Source of the DNA: Nitrosopumilus sp.
Lineage (GTDB): Archaea > Thermoproteota > Nitrososphaeria > Nitrososphaerales > Nitrosopumilaceae
Assembly (NCBI GenBank): GCA_965205675.1
Contig: OZ242186.1
Span: forward strand, 384,001-448,000
Direction of reading: 5' to 3'
Length of the DNA stretch: 64,000 nt
Part shown: positions 21,053 through 31,961 of the stretch, in pieces
Layout of the letters: each line of letters begins with the position of its first letter
Numbering within the stretch: position 1 is the first letter of the stretch
The notes under the pieces: generated by a model
The model's database searches: none
Told to the model about the DNA's origin: nothing
What the model saw: only the letters and a program-made list of their open reading frames with translations
Made by a program: the position numbers and the translations under genes

Positions 21053-21373
21053 TTATTCACCAGAAGAGAAATCTCTTTCAACATTGTTTATAATACTAAA
21101 AAGCGATTCAGCAGACAACACATTAACACATTCAGTAATCCATAATTCATCTAGATGCATCAAACGTTTAAAAGCACTATTTGGAAGTTCATCAGGACTC
21201 GAATTAGGATAAAGTGCATGAATCTTATATCCTTCATTAGCAATATGTTGACAATTTTTTTCTTGAGAAGATAAATCCGTATCACCGATCGGTGTTAAGA
21301 AATGAATTGTTACTGAGGCCATTAAAGCTCCTGCAACTACTATTCCAATTGCCAAAAATAGAACTGACGTCAT
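21053..21373 (-). CDS. Secreted or membrane-anchored hypothetical protein
   Basis: N-terminal hydrophobic helix. Confidence 0.65.
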   Translation of the reverse strand: MTSVLFLAIGIVVAGALMASVTIHFLTPIGDTDLSSQEKNCQHIANEGYKIHALYPNSSPDELPNSAFKRLMHLDELWITECVNVLSAESLFSIINNVERDFSSGE

Positions 21374-21608
21374 TTAATGCAATCAGATGAAGATAATATA
21401 TGAACAGTATTGATTTAGAGCCACATACTCAAAATAAGGCAAATTTGAAAAATCAGTGCTTTTAAAGAGAAATATTGAATTTCTATGCTGATACATTTAT
21501 TGTAAATGAAAATGGCACCAAAATAGAAGCACCAAAAGTTAATAGCAAATGGGAGATAATTTCAGAGAAAAAACCAATTACATTAAATGTACCTGGAAAA
21601 TATCTATC

Positions 21609-22506
21609 CAACTCATCTCAAAACCCTACATCCAACTCATCCCAATACTCTCCAATACATCAGAATTGATGTCAAGTAAACAGGTCCCAGATAATTCTCG
21701 CAATTCTTTTCATGTCTTATTGCTGTTCTTGCAGAATCCACATTTGAGTCATGCAAAGAATCTCTCCACGATATAACGAATCTTGTTATATTTTTTGTAT
21801 GATCTATTTTTTGTTGCTCCATCATTATTTTTTCTAAATAGAATACCTGGATTGATGTTTCTGTCTCTCAAATAATTTCTAATTGATTTTGCATCATAAC
21901 CTTTGTCTGCATAAACTGAAACAATTTCCCTCATCATCTACAAAATCAGAGATGTTTTCTATTACATCAACTAATTTTGTGGAATCATGGATATTTGCAG
22001 AACCCATCACAATAGATATCGGTAAACCGTTTTGTTCTACTGCAACATGAATTTTTGTGTCTGTAATCTTTTTGAAACCATCTCTTCTTATATCGTTACC
22101 TCTTTTTTGCAGCAACACTTGAGGAGTCAACTGATACTTTTTGTAAATTAGTCTTGTCAGATGAGTGAGTTGGTTTTATTGCAGATTTTAGAATATTTCA
22201 TCCAAATTCTTTTTTGTTGTCATCTGTTTAATCTTTTATTTGCAGCAGAATCATCACCATACTTTTTTGGCAGTTCTTCCCATCTATATTCACCAGTAGT
22301 TAGGACGTAGATTTTTCCATTGATGATTTTTCTATCTTCATCTCTTAGTCTATACCTGTTTTTGCAGATGAAGGAACATGTGGTTCTGATACTTCCATTG
22401 TTTGTTTGTCAATTCTTGATATTTTACGGACTAACTTGACTGTGATTGTTCATAGATCCAAATGTTCATCAATTATTCACTAAATGATCTGTTTTGAGAT
22501 GAGTTG
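21609..22506 (-). mobile_element. IS5-family element with multiply frameshifted transposase (pseudogene)
   Basis: Perfect 16-bp TIR caactcatctcaaaac (21609-21624) / gttttgagatgagttg (22491-22506); fragments TKIHVAVEQNGLP, ADKGYD, RYIVERFFA. Confidence 0.88.
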
Positions 22507-22675
22507 AACATATGTTAAAGTCATTTCACAGGATTAGATAGTTTATAATGCTGAATGTTTTAATTGGCAAATTGCAATCTTTATTGCATTAGAAATTTAG
22601 TGGGGTAATAAAGACTGTCATCGTAAAAGGGAAATAACTCAATGTATTTTAAACCCTTTGAGGTCTGAGTAGACA

Positions 22676-23227
22676 TTGTCAGAAGTTGAAGCTGAGGTAA
22701 AAGCAGTCGAAGAAACAGAAGCTATAGTAGAAGATACAGAAGCTATAGTAGAAGATACAGAAACTATAGTAGAAGAGACCAAAAAGGTTGAATCAAAAGT
22801 TGTAGTCGAATCAAAACCTCAATCAGAAACCAAAAAAGAAGATCCTGAAAAATGGGGAATTGCTCACATTTACAGTAGTTATAATAATACAATCATTCAC
22901 ATGACGGACCTTACTGGTGGAGAAACAGTATCCATTAGTTCTGGTGGAATTCATGTAAATGCGGATAGATACGAATCATCACCATTTGCTGCAATGAAAG
23001 CTGCAAATGCCGTTGTTGAATCTGCAAGAACCAAAGGATTTACAGGATTTCATATTAGAGTTAGAGCAGTAGGCGGAGTTGGTTCCAGAGTACCTGGTCC
23101 CGGTGCACAAGCTGCAATTAGAGCATTAGCAAGAGGCGGATTCAAAATTGGAAGAATCGACGATGTAACACCAATTCCTCATGACACCACCAGAAAGAAA
23201 GGTGGTAAAAGAGGAAGAAGAGTCTAG
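22676..23227 (+). CDS. rps11: 30S ribosomal protein S11 with acidic N-terminal extension
   Basis: [31 protein letters not shown]. Confidence 0.95.
   Translation: MSEVEAEVKAVEETEAIVEDTEAIVEDTETIVEETKKVESKVVVESKPQSETKKEDPEKWGIAHIYSSYNNTIIHMTDLTGGETVSISSGGIHVNADRYESSPFAAMKAANAVVESARTKGFTGFHIRVRAVGGVGSRVPGPGAQAAIRALARGGFKIGRIDDVTPIPHDTTRKKGGKRGRRV
22715..22777. repeat. 21-bp tandem repeat x3 (TEAIVED) in the S11 extension
   Basis: acagaagctatagtagaagat at 22715 and 22736, variant at 22757. Confidence 0.9.
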
Positions 23228-23535
23228 GCAGAAATTTTTATTTTAACATCACAGCCTTTAGAAGTAAAATAATCAGTCATAAATTTTGCAAATTTTTCTG
23301 TCTGATCAGTTCCTTGATATTTTGTAATCATATCAGAAAACTTTTCTTCTATTCCATTTTGTAAATTTGGTTTAAATGTCATTTTAAAAAATGTCCATCC
23401 AAATTTTGAGGAAATCTCACTGAGAATATATCCATTATGACCACATACAAGACTTTCCATGTGTGATAGTGCCTTTTTAATTAATAACAAATCATCGGCG
23501 TAATTTTTTGTTCCTATTTCTAAAACAATATTCAT
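23224..23535 (-). CDS. Hypothetical protein
   Basis: ATGA overlap with the upstream gene. Confidence 0.75.
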   Translation of the reverse strand: MNIVLEIGTKNYADDLLLIKKALSHMESLVCGHNGYILSEISSKFGWTFFKMTFKPNLQNGIEEKFSDMITKYQGTDQTEKFAKFMTDYFTSKGCDVKIKISA

Positions 23536-23948
23536 TGTTCATCATCATCGTTAGTAGATTGAGTACTAAGTTTATCACTTAGAGATACAAATTTGCCATC
23601 TTGTTCAACATTGATTTTTGTTGCCATTCTAACATCAAGTCCAACTGATCTAAACAATGTTAGTAATTTCCCTCCATCAATACTTTCATTAATTTCTCCA
23701 GTTTTAATTAATTCAGATAATTTTATTATGATCATTTTAGTTTCAGTGGGGAATTGAAATTCTGCATTTTCTAAAACTTCAATTCCTCTAAATCCAAGTA
23801 TTTTTACAAGTAAGTCTCTAGGGTTTTCAGTTATTTCTTTGACAGGCTCTGGTGTTGTTGATGTCTCTTGTTTTGTTGAAATGTTCTTTTGCATTTCGGC
23901 AAATCGTTTTGCCTTTAATCTCTCAAGTTCAGAATCTTCTTCGCTCAA
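23532..23948 (-). CDS. PDCD5-like DNA-binding protein
   Basis: DSELERLKAKRFAEMQ N-terminus; co-transcribed with rtcB. Confidence 0.7.
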   Translation of the reverse strand: MSEEDSELERLKAKRFAEMQKNISTKQETSTTPEPVKEITENPRDLLVKILGFRGIEVLENAEFQFPTETKMIIIKLSELIKTGEINESIDGGKLLTLFRSVGLDVRMATKINVEQDGKFVSLSDKLSTQSTNDDDEQ

Positions 23949-25393
23949 CCTTTAATCACACCAATAGGCACTAACTTTGCTACTTTTGTGGCAATTCCTA
24001 AATTATGAGATACGTTAACTACAGAGTCAACATCTTTGTAGGCTTGAGGAGTTTCTTCTACAACACCATCTCGAGTTAATGCTTTGATAAATATGCCCTT
24101 ATCATTAAGTGACTTTTTTACCTCATCTTCAGTGTAATTTCTCCTAGCCTTAGATCTGGACATCGTTCTTCCTGCACCATGAGCAGTAGAACCAAAACTC
24201 AAATCCATGGAATTTGGCTGACCCAATAAAATCCAGCTTGCAGTACCCATAGAACCAGGAACTAGAACAGGTTGTCCAAGATCTCTATATTTTAAGGGGA
24301 CTTCATTACGATTTGCAGGAAATGCTCTTGTAGCGCCTTTTCGATGAACAACCAAATTACGATCTTGACCATCAACTTTGTGTTTTTCTACTTTAGCAAT
24401 ATTGTGAGCAACATCATACACTAATTTCATATCAAGATCAGATGCAGATTGGTTAAACACACGTTGAAATGAATTCCTTGTCCAATGAGTTAGCATTTGT
24501 CTATTACTCCATGCAAAATTCAATGCAGAAAACATAGCTTTTCTATATGATTCACCTTCTTCAGAATTATTTGGAACACATGCAAGTTCTCTATCAGGTA
24601 AATTGACATCATATTTTTCCATAGCTTGTTCTGATACTCTAAGATAATCACTACACACTTGATGTCCAAAACCACGAGAACCACAATGAATTAAAATTGT
24701 GATTGTTCCTTCTTTAATTCCCATTCTCTTAGCGGCTTCTTCATCATGTATTTCCGCAACTTTTTGAACTTCAAGGAAATGATTTCCAGAACCCAAACTT
24801 CCTAATTGAGGAGCACCTCTTTTTCTTGCTTTGTCTGAAACTTTATTTGGATCAGCATTTTGGATTTGCCCATTTTCTTCACATACATCAGAGTCATCAG
24901 AATAACCATAACCATTATCTATTGCCCAGTTAACTCCTTTTACCAAAACTTCATCAAGTTCTGAATGAGTAAGTTTGACTGTACCTTTAGAACCTACACC
25001 AGAAGGAATAGAGCTAAAAAGATCAGTGACAAGTTCTTTTAGTTTTGGACGAACTGTTTGTTCTGTTAAATTTGAACGAAGTAAACGTACTCCACAATTA
25101 ATATCATAACCAACACCACCAGGACTAATCATCCCTTCTTCAGCATCCATAGCTGCAACTCCGCCTACAGGAAATCCATAACCTTCATGTCCATCTGGCA
25201 ATACAACACTATGTCCTACTATACCAGGAATCGAAGCAACATTTCGTGCCTGCATAATAGTTCTATCTGATAGCATCTTCTGCATCAATGGCTCATCAGC
25301 ATAAATCCTCACCGGTACTTTCATTCCAAGATTAGAATCAGCGTCAATTTGGTATTGGTTTTCACCAATTTTTCTAGGATTTGTAGAAGACAC
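23945..25393 (-). CDS. rtcB: tRNA-splicing ligase RtcB
   Basis: PDGHEGYG, GYDINCG, GSGNHF, HRKGAT and HGAGR motifs. Confidence 0.96.
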   Translation of the reverse strand: MSSTNPRKIGENQYQIDADSNLGMKVPVRIYADEPLMQKMLSDRTIMQARNVASIPGIVGHSVVLPDGHEGYGFPVGGVAAMDAEEGMISPGGVGYDINCGVRLLRSNLTEQTVRPKLKELVTDLFSSIPSGVGSKGTVKLTHSELDEVLVKGVNWAIDNGYGYSDDSDVCEENGQIQNADPNKVSDKARKRGAPQLGSLGSGNHFLEVQKVAEIHDEEAAKRMGIKEGTITILIHCGSRGFGHQVCSDYLRVSEQAMEKYDVNLPDRELACVPNNSEEGESYRKAMFSALNFAWSNRQMLTHWTRNSFQRVFNQSASDLDMKLVYDVAHNIAKVEKHKVDGQDRNLVVHRKGATRAFPANRNEVPLKYRDLGQPVLVPGSMGTASWILLGQPNSMDLSFGSTAHGAGRTMSRSKARRNYTEDEVKKSLNDKGIFIKALTRDGVVEETPQAYKDVDSVVNVSHNLGIATKVAKLVPIGVIKG

Positions 25394-25482
25394 AAGTATC
25401 GGTAAAAATTCCTTTCAATCTAATTTAAATCATCAGGAGATTTATAAAATAATTTTAAATTAATCAAGATTAATTCTAAAAT

Positions 25483-25638
25483 ATGTTAGATGAAGCAACA
25501 ATCACACAAAAAGCAAATCAATTACTTGTGGAATTAAGATCAAGTCCGGACTGGGCAATCGACGAAAAAAATTTCAAACAAGGATATTTCAAAGCTTTAG
25601 AGTGGGTTTTACAAGATACAGGAATTATAGAACGATAG
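25483..25638 (+). CDS. Small hypothetical protein, 51 aa, not in ORF track
   Basis: MLDEATITQKANQLLVELRSSPDWAIDEKNFKQGYFKALEWVLQDTGIIER. Confidence 0.6.
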   Translation: MLDEATITQKANQLLVELRSSPDWAIDEKNFKQGYFKALEWVLQDTGIIER

Positions 25639-25707
25639 TTTTGATTAATAAAAATCAAATATTATGTTAATGAAACAACTTATCTATGATCAAATAATTT
25701 CATATGT

Positions 25708-25908
25708 ATGGTAAGAGGAAAGATTGCTGAAAAAGAGAAAGAACAACAACAAAAAGAACAAAAACTTAGAGCAGATGCTTCTCGTGCTGCAAGAAGAAGT
25801 GGAAAACCTCTTAAAAAAGAAGGAAAAGTTAGTAAGACTAGAGCAAAAACAAAAGAAGTTAGATCCTCAAAGAAAACTGCTGCAGTGAAAAAGAGAACAA
25901 GAAGTTAG
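25708..25908 (+). CDS. Small Lys/Arg-rich protein
   Basis: 66 aa, very basic. Confidence 0.65.
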   Translation: MVRGKIAEKEKEQQQKEQKLRADASRAARRSGKPLKKEGKVSKTRAKTKEVRSSKKTAAVKKRTRS

Positions 25909-25939
25909 ATTTATGTACAAAGTATAAAGAATAGAAACA

Positions 25940-27301
25940 TTGGCAATTTTACCTATAGATAATGGTCGATATGGCACCAAAGAAATGATGGAAATATTTA
26001 GTGAGCAAAAAAAAGTTGATTATCAATTAGAAATTGAAGGTGCAGCTGCAATTTCCCAAAGTGAGATAGGCATGATTTCAAAAAGCATAGGTAAAGAAAT
26101 ACTCAAAGCTGCAATGTCTGGAAAAATCACTGCAAAAAGAATTAAACAATTAGAAGCAAAAAGTGATCATGATACCGCTGCTCTTGTTGAATCATTAAGT
26201 GAAAAATGTTCTAAAAATGCAAGACCGTGGATTCACTATGGTCTTACTAGTAATGATTTAGTAGATACAAGTAATTCAATGCAAATGCGAGATGCCTTAC
26301 AAATTATTGAACCAAAAGTTGCAAAGATGGCATCTATTCTTGCAAAAAAAGCTGTAAAACATGGAAAAATTCCAGCTGTAGGTAGAACTCACGGACAACA
26401 TGCCAGCATTATATCATTTGGATTAAAATTTGCTAATTGGGCTGCAGAGATGGCAAAACATGTAGAGCGAATTGAAGAAATTAAGAAAAGAATTTTGATT
26501 TGTAAAACATTAGGTGTCGTAGGTACGGGTTCCGTAATGGGTGCAAAATCACTTGAAGTACAAAAAAGAGCTGCAAAGCGATTAAAATTATTCCCAGCAG
26601 AAGTTACCACACAAATTGTACCTAGAGAAAGATATACTGAATATGTGTTTGAATTGGCATTGATTGGTGCTACTTTAGAAAAAATTGCAATAGAAATCAG
26701 GAATTTACAAAGAACTGAAATTGGGGAAGTTGCTGAACAATTCAAAAAAGGACAAATGGGAAGCAGTGCAGTTCCAGTGAAAAGGAATCCAATAAAGAGT
26801 GAACGAGTATCATCATTGTCAAAATTAGTAAGAAGTCAAGTAGCATTATCTTTTGAAAATATTCCATTATGGCATGAACGAGATTTATCAAATTCAGCCA
26901 ATGAGAGATTTGTAATTCCAACAGTATCAATTCTAGTTGATGAAATGCTTGAAACCATGACTAGAATTGTTTCAAACTTGATGGTAAACGAGAAAAGAAT
27001 TGTAGATAATCTATACATTACAAAAGGCCAAATATTTGCAGAGTTTGTTTTAGAGGCATTAATCAAAAAAGGTATTCCAAGATTTGTTGCATATAGAGAT
27101 GTCCAGAGAGTGGCATTTGAGGCAAATGACAAAGGAATGTTTTACAAAGATGCAATCAAAAACGATAAAGCATTTTCTTCAAAGCTCACTGACAAAGAAA
27201 TTGATGCAATATTCTCACCAGAAAAACACCTTGGTGCATCACCAGCAATCATTAGTAATGTAGAGAAATCAGTTAAGAAAACAGTTCAAAAATTCCTCTA
27301 A
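25940..27301 (+). CDS. purB: Adenylosuccinate lyase
   Basis: GLTSND, GRTHGQHA, GSSAVPVKRNP and HERDL motifs. Confidence 0.95.
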   Translation: MAILPIDNGRYGTKEMMEIFSEQKKVDYQLEIEGAAAISQSEIGMISKSIGKEILKAAMSGKITAKRIKQLEAKSDHDTAALVESLSEKCSKNARPWIHYGLTSNDLVDTSNSMQMRDALQIIEPKVAKMASILAKKAVKHGKIPAVGRTHGQHASIISFGLKFANWAAEMAKHVERIEEIKKRILICKTLGVVGTGSVMGAKSLEVQKRAAKRLKLFPAEVTTQIVPRERYTEYVFELALIGATLEKIAIEIRNLQRTEIGEVAEQFKKGQMGSSAVPVKRNPIKSERVSSLSKLVRSQVALSFENIPLWHERDLSNSANERFVIPTVSILVDEMLETMTRIVSNLMVNEKRIVDNLYITKGQIFAEFVLEALIKKGIPRFVAYRDVQRVAFEANDKGMFYKDAIKNDKAFSSKLTDKEIDAIFSPEKHLGASPAIISNVEKSVKKTVQKFL

Positions 27302-27389
27302 AACATTTTAGAACAATCATACCTTAAGTGTTGAATCATGGGGATTCAGCCACTATTTTGGAAATGAGAATGGACGCAAATACGCCTAA

Positions 27390-28049
27390 TTAAGAAGATT
27401 TAGTGTGAGATGCAATTCTCTTTTCACTTGGTTTGTGTTTTCCTGTAACGATATAGTTGATGGCATCACTCATGAACACTGCATGATCTCCAATTCTTTC
27501 AAGATAACGTAAGAGTAAGGCTTCAGCTAGAGCACATTTGGTATTGTTTGATTTTATCAACTGTGGCAATCGTTCGTTGTAGATTTTATCTATGAATGCT
27601 TCATCTTCTTGTATTTTTACAGCTTTTCTTACATCAAGTTCTGCAAAGGACAAAACAGCTTCCTTTATCATGTGTTTTACTTTTTTTGTAATTTCAACAA
27701 GAGATTCATTTGGACATTCAGAAATATCCCCAAATAGATCTCTTACCTGAGTTATATCATAAGCATATCTTCCAAATCTTGAAAATGCGTAAGATATTTC
27801 AGTTGACGAACGAATCATTCTAAAATCATCTGCTACTGGTTGATATTTTAATAACATATCAAAAATCAAATCTTCAACTTCGAAATACTTGTTACGAATT
27901 GAATCAGATAGTTCGTAAACCTGCTCAGTGGTATTTTTTCCATCAAGATATGAATCGACAGCTAGTGAAACACATTCACTTGCCATATCTCCCATCTGAG
28001 ACATTATCGCACTTAATCTTTCAAGAGATGGATCAATTAATCTAGTCAT
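27390..28049 (-). CDS. phoU: Phosphate uptake regulator PhoU
   Basis: QPVADDFR and LERIGDHA motifs; last gene of the pst operon. Confidence 0.9.
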   Translation of the reverse strand: MTRLIDPSLERLSAIMSQMGDMASECVSLAVDSYLDGKNTTEQVYELSDSIRNKYFEVEDLIFDMLLKYQPVADDFRMIRSSTEISYAFSRFGRYAYDITQVRDLFGDISECPNESLVEITKKVKHMIKEAVLSFAELDVRKAVKIQEDEAFIDKIYNERLPQLIKSNNTKCALAEALLLRYLERIGDHAVFMSDAINYIVTGKHKPSEKRIASHTKSS

Positions 28050-28885
28050 TATCCAAATTGCCCCTGAACATATTTTGCCGTCAAATCATTTTTTGGATCA
28101 GTAAATAATTTCTTTGTTTCTCTAAACTCAATTAATTCTCCAATATACATAAATCCGGTATAATCTGAAACTCTAACTGCTTGTTGCATGTTATGAGTTA
28201 CTATAATTATCGTATAGTCTTTTTTTAATTCTGTAATTGTTTCTTCAATTTTTTGTGTTGCAATAGGATCTAATGCAGATGCAGGCTCATCCATTAGTAA
28301 TACCTCAGGTTGAATTGCCAATGCTCTTGCAATGCAAAGCCTTTGTTGTTGACCACCAGATAATTCAATTGCAGATTTTTTCAAATCATTTTTTACTTCA
28401 TCCCAAAGATATGCCATTTTGAGCGTATCCTCTACAATTTCATCTAGAATTCTCTTGTCTTTTACTCCATTTAGTTTTAGACCCGCAGTAACGTTATCAT
28501 AAATTGACATTGTTGGGAACGGATTTGGTTTTTGAAAAACCATCCCCACTTTTCTTCTATGATAGATTGGGTCTATTGATTTATCATAGAGATCAATATC
28601 ATCAATCATTACTTTACCTTCAACTTTAGCGTTTTTTGTCATATCATGCATCCGGTTAAGACATCTAAGAAAAGTGGTCTTTCCACATCCAGATGGACCA
28701 ATTAAAGCAGTGACAGATTTTTCTGGAAATTTCATTGTAACGTTTTTCACACCCATTGTATCGCCATAATGAATAGTTACATTTTCTGCAATCATTTTGA
28801 ATTTTTTTTCTACACGAGATACAGAGTCAGGAATTTTTGAATTAGTAGAATTAGTAATGTTTTGTTCAGGTGTACTCATAGTCAT
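28049..28885 (-). CDS. pstB: Phosphate ABC transporter ATPase
   Basis: [31 protein letters not shown]. Confidence 0.96.
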   Translation of the reverse strand: MTMSTPEQNITNSTNSKIPDSVSRVEKKFKMIAENVTIHYGDTMGVKNVTMKFPEKSVTALIGPSGCGKTTFLRCLNRMHDMTKNAKVEGKVMIDDIDLYDKSIDPIYHRRKVGMVFQKPNPFPTMSIYDNVTAGLKLNGVKDKRILDEIVEDTLKMAYLWDEVKNDLKKSAIELSGGQQQRLCIARALAIQPEVLLMDEPASALDPIATQKIEETITELKKDYTIIIVTHNMQQAVRVSDYTGFMYIGELIEFRETKKLFTDPKNDLTAKYVQGQFG

Positions 28886-29805
28886 TGCTTAACTGATCCT
28901 CCATGTTTAATCAACTTCCTTATCATTCCAGTTCCATTTCCAAAATAATAACGAACAGCTAAATTGATTCCAATGATGATAAATATCAAAACTAATGCAG
29001 CCCCCCATCCCTGTAACTGTGAACTCTCATAAGGTAACAAAGATAATCTCCAAATTCTCAAAGGTAAGGCATCCATTGGAACATCCATGCTACTGAAAAA
29101 TTGACTGCTTCCAAGAATGGTCATTATCAAAGGAGCAGTTTCTCCACCTATTCTTGAAACGGAAAGTAAAATTCCAGTAATCATGCCGCCTTTAGCAGCA
29201 GAAATTACAATTCTAAAAGTAATAACCCATTTTTTCAAACCTAGGGCAGTTCCTGCTTCACGATAAGTTACAGGAACCATCTTTAGAGATTCCTCAGTAG
29301 TTCTTGCAACAATTGGAAACATGATTAATGCCAATGCAAATGCACCAGCCCATACTGAAAAATGTCCAAGAATCAATACAATTACTAAAAATGCAAAAAT
29401 TCCAAGAACTATAGATGGAAATTCCATAAACACATCATTGAAAAATCGAACATTTCTTGCAAGTCTATTATCACCGTATTCTGAGAGAAATATACCGGAC
29501 ATAACTCCAATAGGAACTCCAATCAGGCTGGCAAGCCCAATTATTATCAAGGTACCCTGAATTGCAGGTCCAATACCACCTTCACCCGAACCGATTGATC
29601 CAGGAGTTGCAGTTAAAAACTCATAATTTATTGCAGTAATACCATTTTTGAAAACTTCTACAAGTATACTTCCAAGAGGAATAATTGCAATTATGACAAA
29701 TGCGAAAATTATGATATGAACTATTTTATCAACAAGTAATCTCTTTTTTACATTATTTTTGAATAATGCACGATACTCTTGTCTTTTTTCGTTAGTTGTA
29801 GTCAA
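28882..29805 (-). CDS. pstA: Phosphate ABC transporter permease
   Basis: [10 protein letters not shown] and GETAPL motifs. Confidence 0.93.
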   Translation of the reverse strand: MTTTNEKRQEYRALFKNNVKKRLLVDKIVHIIIFAFVIIAIIPLGSILVEVFKNGITAINYEFLTATPGSIGSGEGGIGPAIQGTLIIIGLASLIGVPIGVMSGIFLSEYGDNRLARNVRFFNDVFMEFPSIVLGIFAFLVIVLILGHFSVWAGAFALALIMFPIVARTTEESLKMVPVTYREAGTALGLKKWVITFRIVISAAKGGMITGILLSVSRIGGETAPLIMTILGSSQFFSSMDVPMDALPLRIWRLSLLPYESSQLQGWGAALVLIFIIIGINLAVRYYFGNGTGMIRKLIKHGGSVKQ

Positions 29806-30773
29806 TTGTTAATGGCCCCCTCCTTTACTTTCATCATTCTAGTTACTAGAAGATGTGCGACAACATTAATCACAATTGCAATAAGTAAAAGAATCAAAGC
29901 AACACCAATTAAAGCAGGAAGATGTAAAGATGCAGGAGATGCTTCAACAAACTCATTTGCAATAATACTAGACATTGTTTGACTTGGTTTGAAGAAAGAG
30001 GAGGGGAATGCAGAGATGCCTGTTGCATTACCAATTAACATTGTAACTGCCATTGTTTCGCCAACAGCTCTGCCAAGTCCTAGAATTGAAGCCCCAATTA
30101 ATCCCGTCTTAGAATATGGGAATACTGCAAGCTTGAACATTTCCCATTTCGTTGCACCTAACATGTATGCAGCTTCTCTTTGTTGTTGAGGAACTGCTTT
30201 CATTATTTCACGTGAAACTGATGAAACTGTGGGGATAATCATAATAGCTAAAATTACACTTGCTGTAATGAGATCAAGACCAAATGGAGTTCCTGAAAAT
30301 AAAAATATTGAATCTCCAAACAAATCATGTAAGGGTTTCTCCACCCAATCTTGAAAATAAAGTCTAAAAACTAAAAGACCCCATAGACCATAAATTATGC
30401 TTGGAACTGCTGCTAAAAGTTCAACTAGAAATCCTAATGGGCCACCAATTTTTGCAGGAGCGTCTGAAATGAACATTGCAATTCCAATACTGAGAGGTAC
30501 GCCAATTGCCATTGCTAAAGCAGCAGTAGCAAGCGTACCTGCAATATAGGGCAATGCCCCAAATGACTCTCTCCCCTCAACTGCATTCCAATCAGTACCA
30601 ATGATAAATCCAAGACCTTCAGATTCCCAAATAGGGTAAGATTCAGAAATTAACTGAAATATCATCAGGACGATTATTACTAAAACAAACGCTCCGGCAA
30701 TAGTTGCACCTAATTTGAAAATTTGATCAGAATTAATTTTTCGCTTATGTGGTGTGAGTATATTTTTCTCCAC
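29802..30773 (-). CDS. pstC: Phosphate ABC transporter permease
   Basis: LAAVPSIIYGLWG and GRAVGETMA motifs. Confidence 0.94.
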   Translation of the reverse strand: MEKNILTPHKRKINSDQIFKLGATIAGAFVLVIIVLMIFQLISESYPIWESEGLGFIIGTDWNAVEGRESFGALPYIAGTLATAALAMAIGVPLSIGIAMFISDAPAKIGGPLGFLVELLAAVPSIIYGLWGLLVFRLYFQDWVEKPLHDLFGDSIFLFSGTPFGLDLITASVILAIMIIPTVSSVSREIMKAVPQQQREAAYMLGATKWEMFKLAVFPYSKTGLIGASILGLGRAVGETMAVTMLIGNATGISAFPSSFFKPSQTMSSIIANEFVEASPASLHLPALIGVALILLLIAIVINVVAHLLVTRMMKVKEGAINN

Positions 30774-30911
30774 ACAGTTTCAACATGAATTACGGGTTAT
30801 CTAAAAAATGATCATAAATTATGTAGAGTATGATATCAATTGAGATCTATATAGACTATGTTCAGAAGCAGTATAACAACTAAAACGCATTAAACATCAT
30901 AGTTACAAATC

Positions 30912-31934
30912 ATGTCAGAAATTAAACAAATGAGAAGACTGCAATTAACTGGCGGTTCTACATACACTGTTTCATTACCAAAAACATGGGTTGATGAATT
31001 GCAATTAAAGAAAAATTCCAATGTTACTTTAGTAAAGAATCGCAATAATTCAATAATATTATTTCAAGAAGAACAAAATAAAAAGACTAATGCCATTGCG
31101 CTAATTGGAAAAAAGGATTCAAAGGAATCCATAAGAAGAAAAATTATTGCAATGTATCTTTCAGGTTACAAAACTATTGAAATCAAAACTAAAGGAATAG
31201 AAATTACTAGTATGCATAGAGGAGCAATTAGAGATTTAGTTAGAACCACACTAATGGGCACTGAAATAGTTGAGGCAAGTTCAGAAAAAATAATATTACA
31301 AGTTCTTACACAACTTGCACAATTATCATTTGCTGTTGCATTAAAGAGAATGTACATTACTGCTACAAACATGCATCAAGAAGCTATGGAATCATTAAAT
31401 GAAAGAAATTCAGATCATGCCGAAGAAGTTCTCAAAATGGATGATGAGGTTGACAGATTCAGTCTCTATTTACTGAGAAATCTAAATTTATCATTAGAAA
31501 ATGTACAGGTTTTGTTAGATTCTGGGCTCGAAAAACCATCCGATTGCCTTGGCTATAGAACAGTAGTAAAATGTGTAGAAAGAATTGCAGATCATGCAGG
31601 ACTAATTGCAAAAAAAGTAAAATATCTAGATTCTCCAATAGACAAAAAAATTCTAAAAGAAATAGATCAAATTAGCAAAGAATCCCTTATTGTTTTTGAA
31701 AATTCAATCACAGCGCTAACCAAAAGAGATTATGATATGGCAGAAAAAGTGGCATCAAGTGTAACCAAAGTAATTGAAAAAGAGAAAAAACTGATGGATT
31801 CTCTCAAACCAGATGACAATATAGCCATAATAAAATTAATTTTAGAAGACATTAGAAGAACTGCTGAATATTCTAGAGATATATCTGAAATTGCAATAGA
31901 TGAAACAGTACAAAGTGTAATAGAAGAATCTTAA
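30912..31934 (+). CDS. AbrB-PhoU archaeal phosphate regulator
   Basis: RRLQLTGGSTYTVSLPKTW AbrB domain plus PhoU repeats; divergent from pstC. Confidence 0.9.
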   Translation: MSEIKQMRRLQLTGGSTYTVSLPKTWVDELQLKKNSNVTLVKNRNNSIILFQEEQNKKTNAIALIGKKDSKESIRRKIIAMYLSGYKTIEIKTKGIEITSMHRGAIRDLVRTTLMGTEIVEASSEKIILQVLTQLAQLSFAVALKRMYITATNMHQEAMESLNERNSDHAEEVLKMDDEVDRFSLYLLRNLNLSLENVQVLLDSGLEKPSDCLGYRTVVKCVERIADHAGLIAKKVKYLDSPIDKKILKEIDQISKESLIVFENSITALTKRDYDMAEKVASSVTKVIEKEKKLMDSLKPDDNIAIIKLILEDIRRTAEYSRDISEIAIDETVQSVIEES

Positions 31935-31961
31935 AAAAAGAAAAAAATAACTTTGGATAAT

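Noticed and set aside
21475-21669. 64-aa ORF at the IS5 boundary
   Set aside because: Runs into the IS terminal repeat; at most a truncated gene fragment
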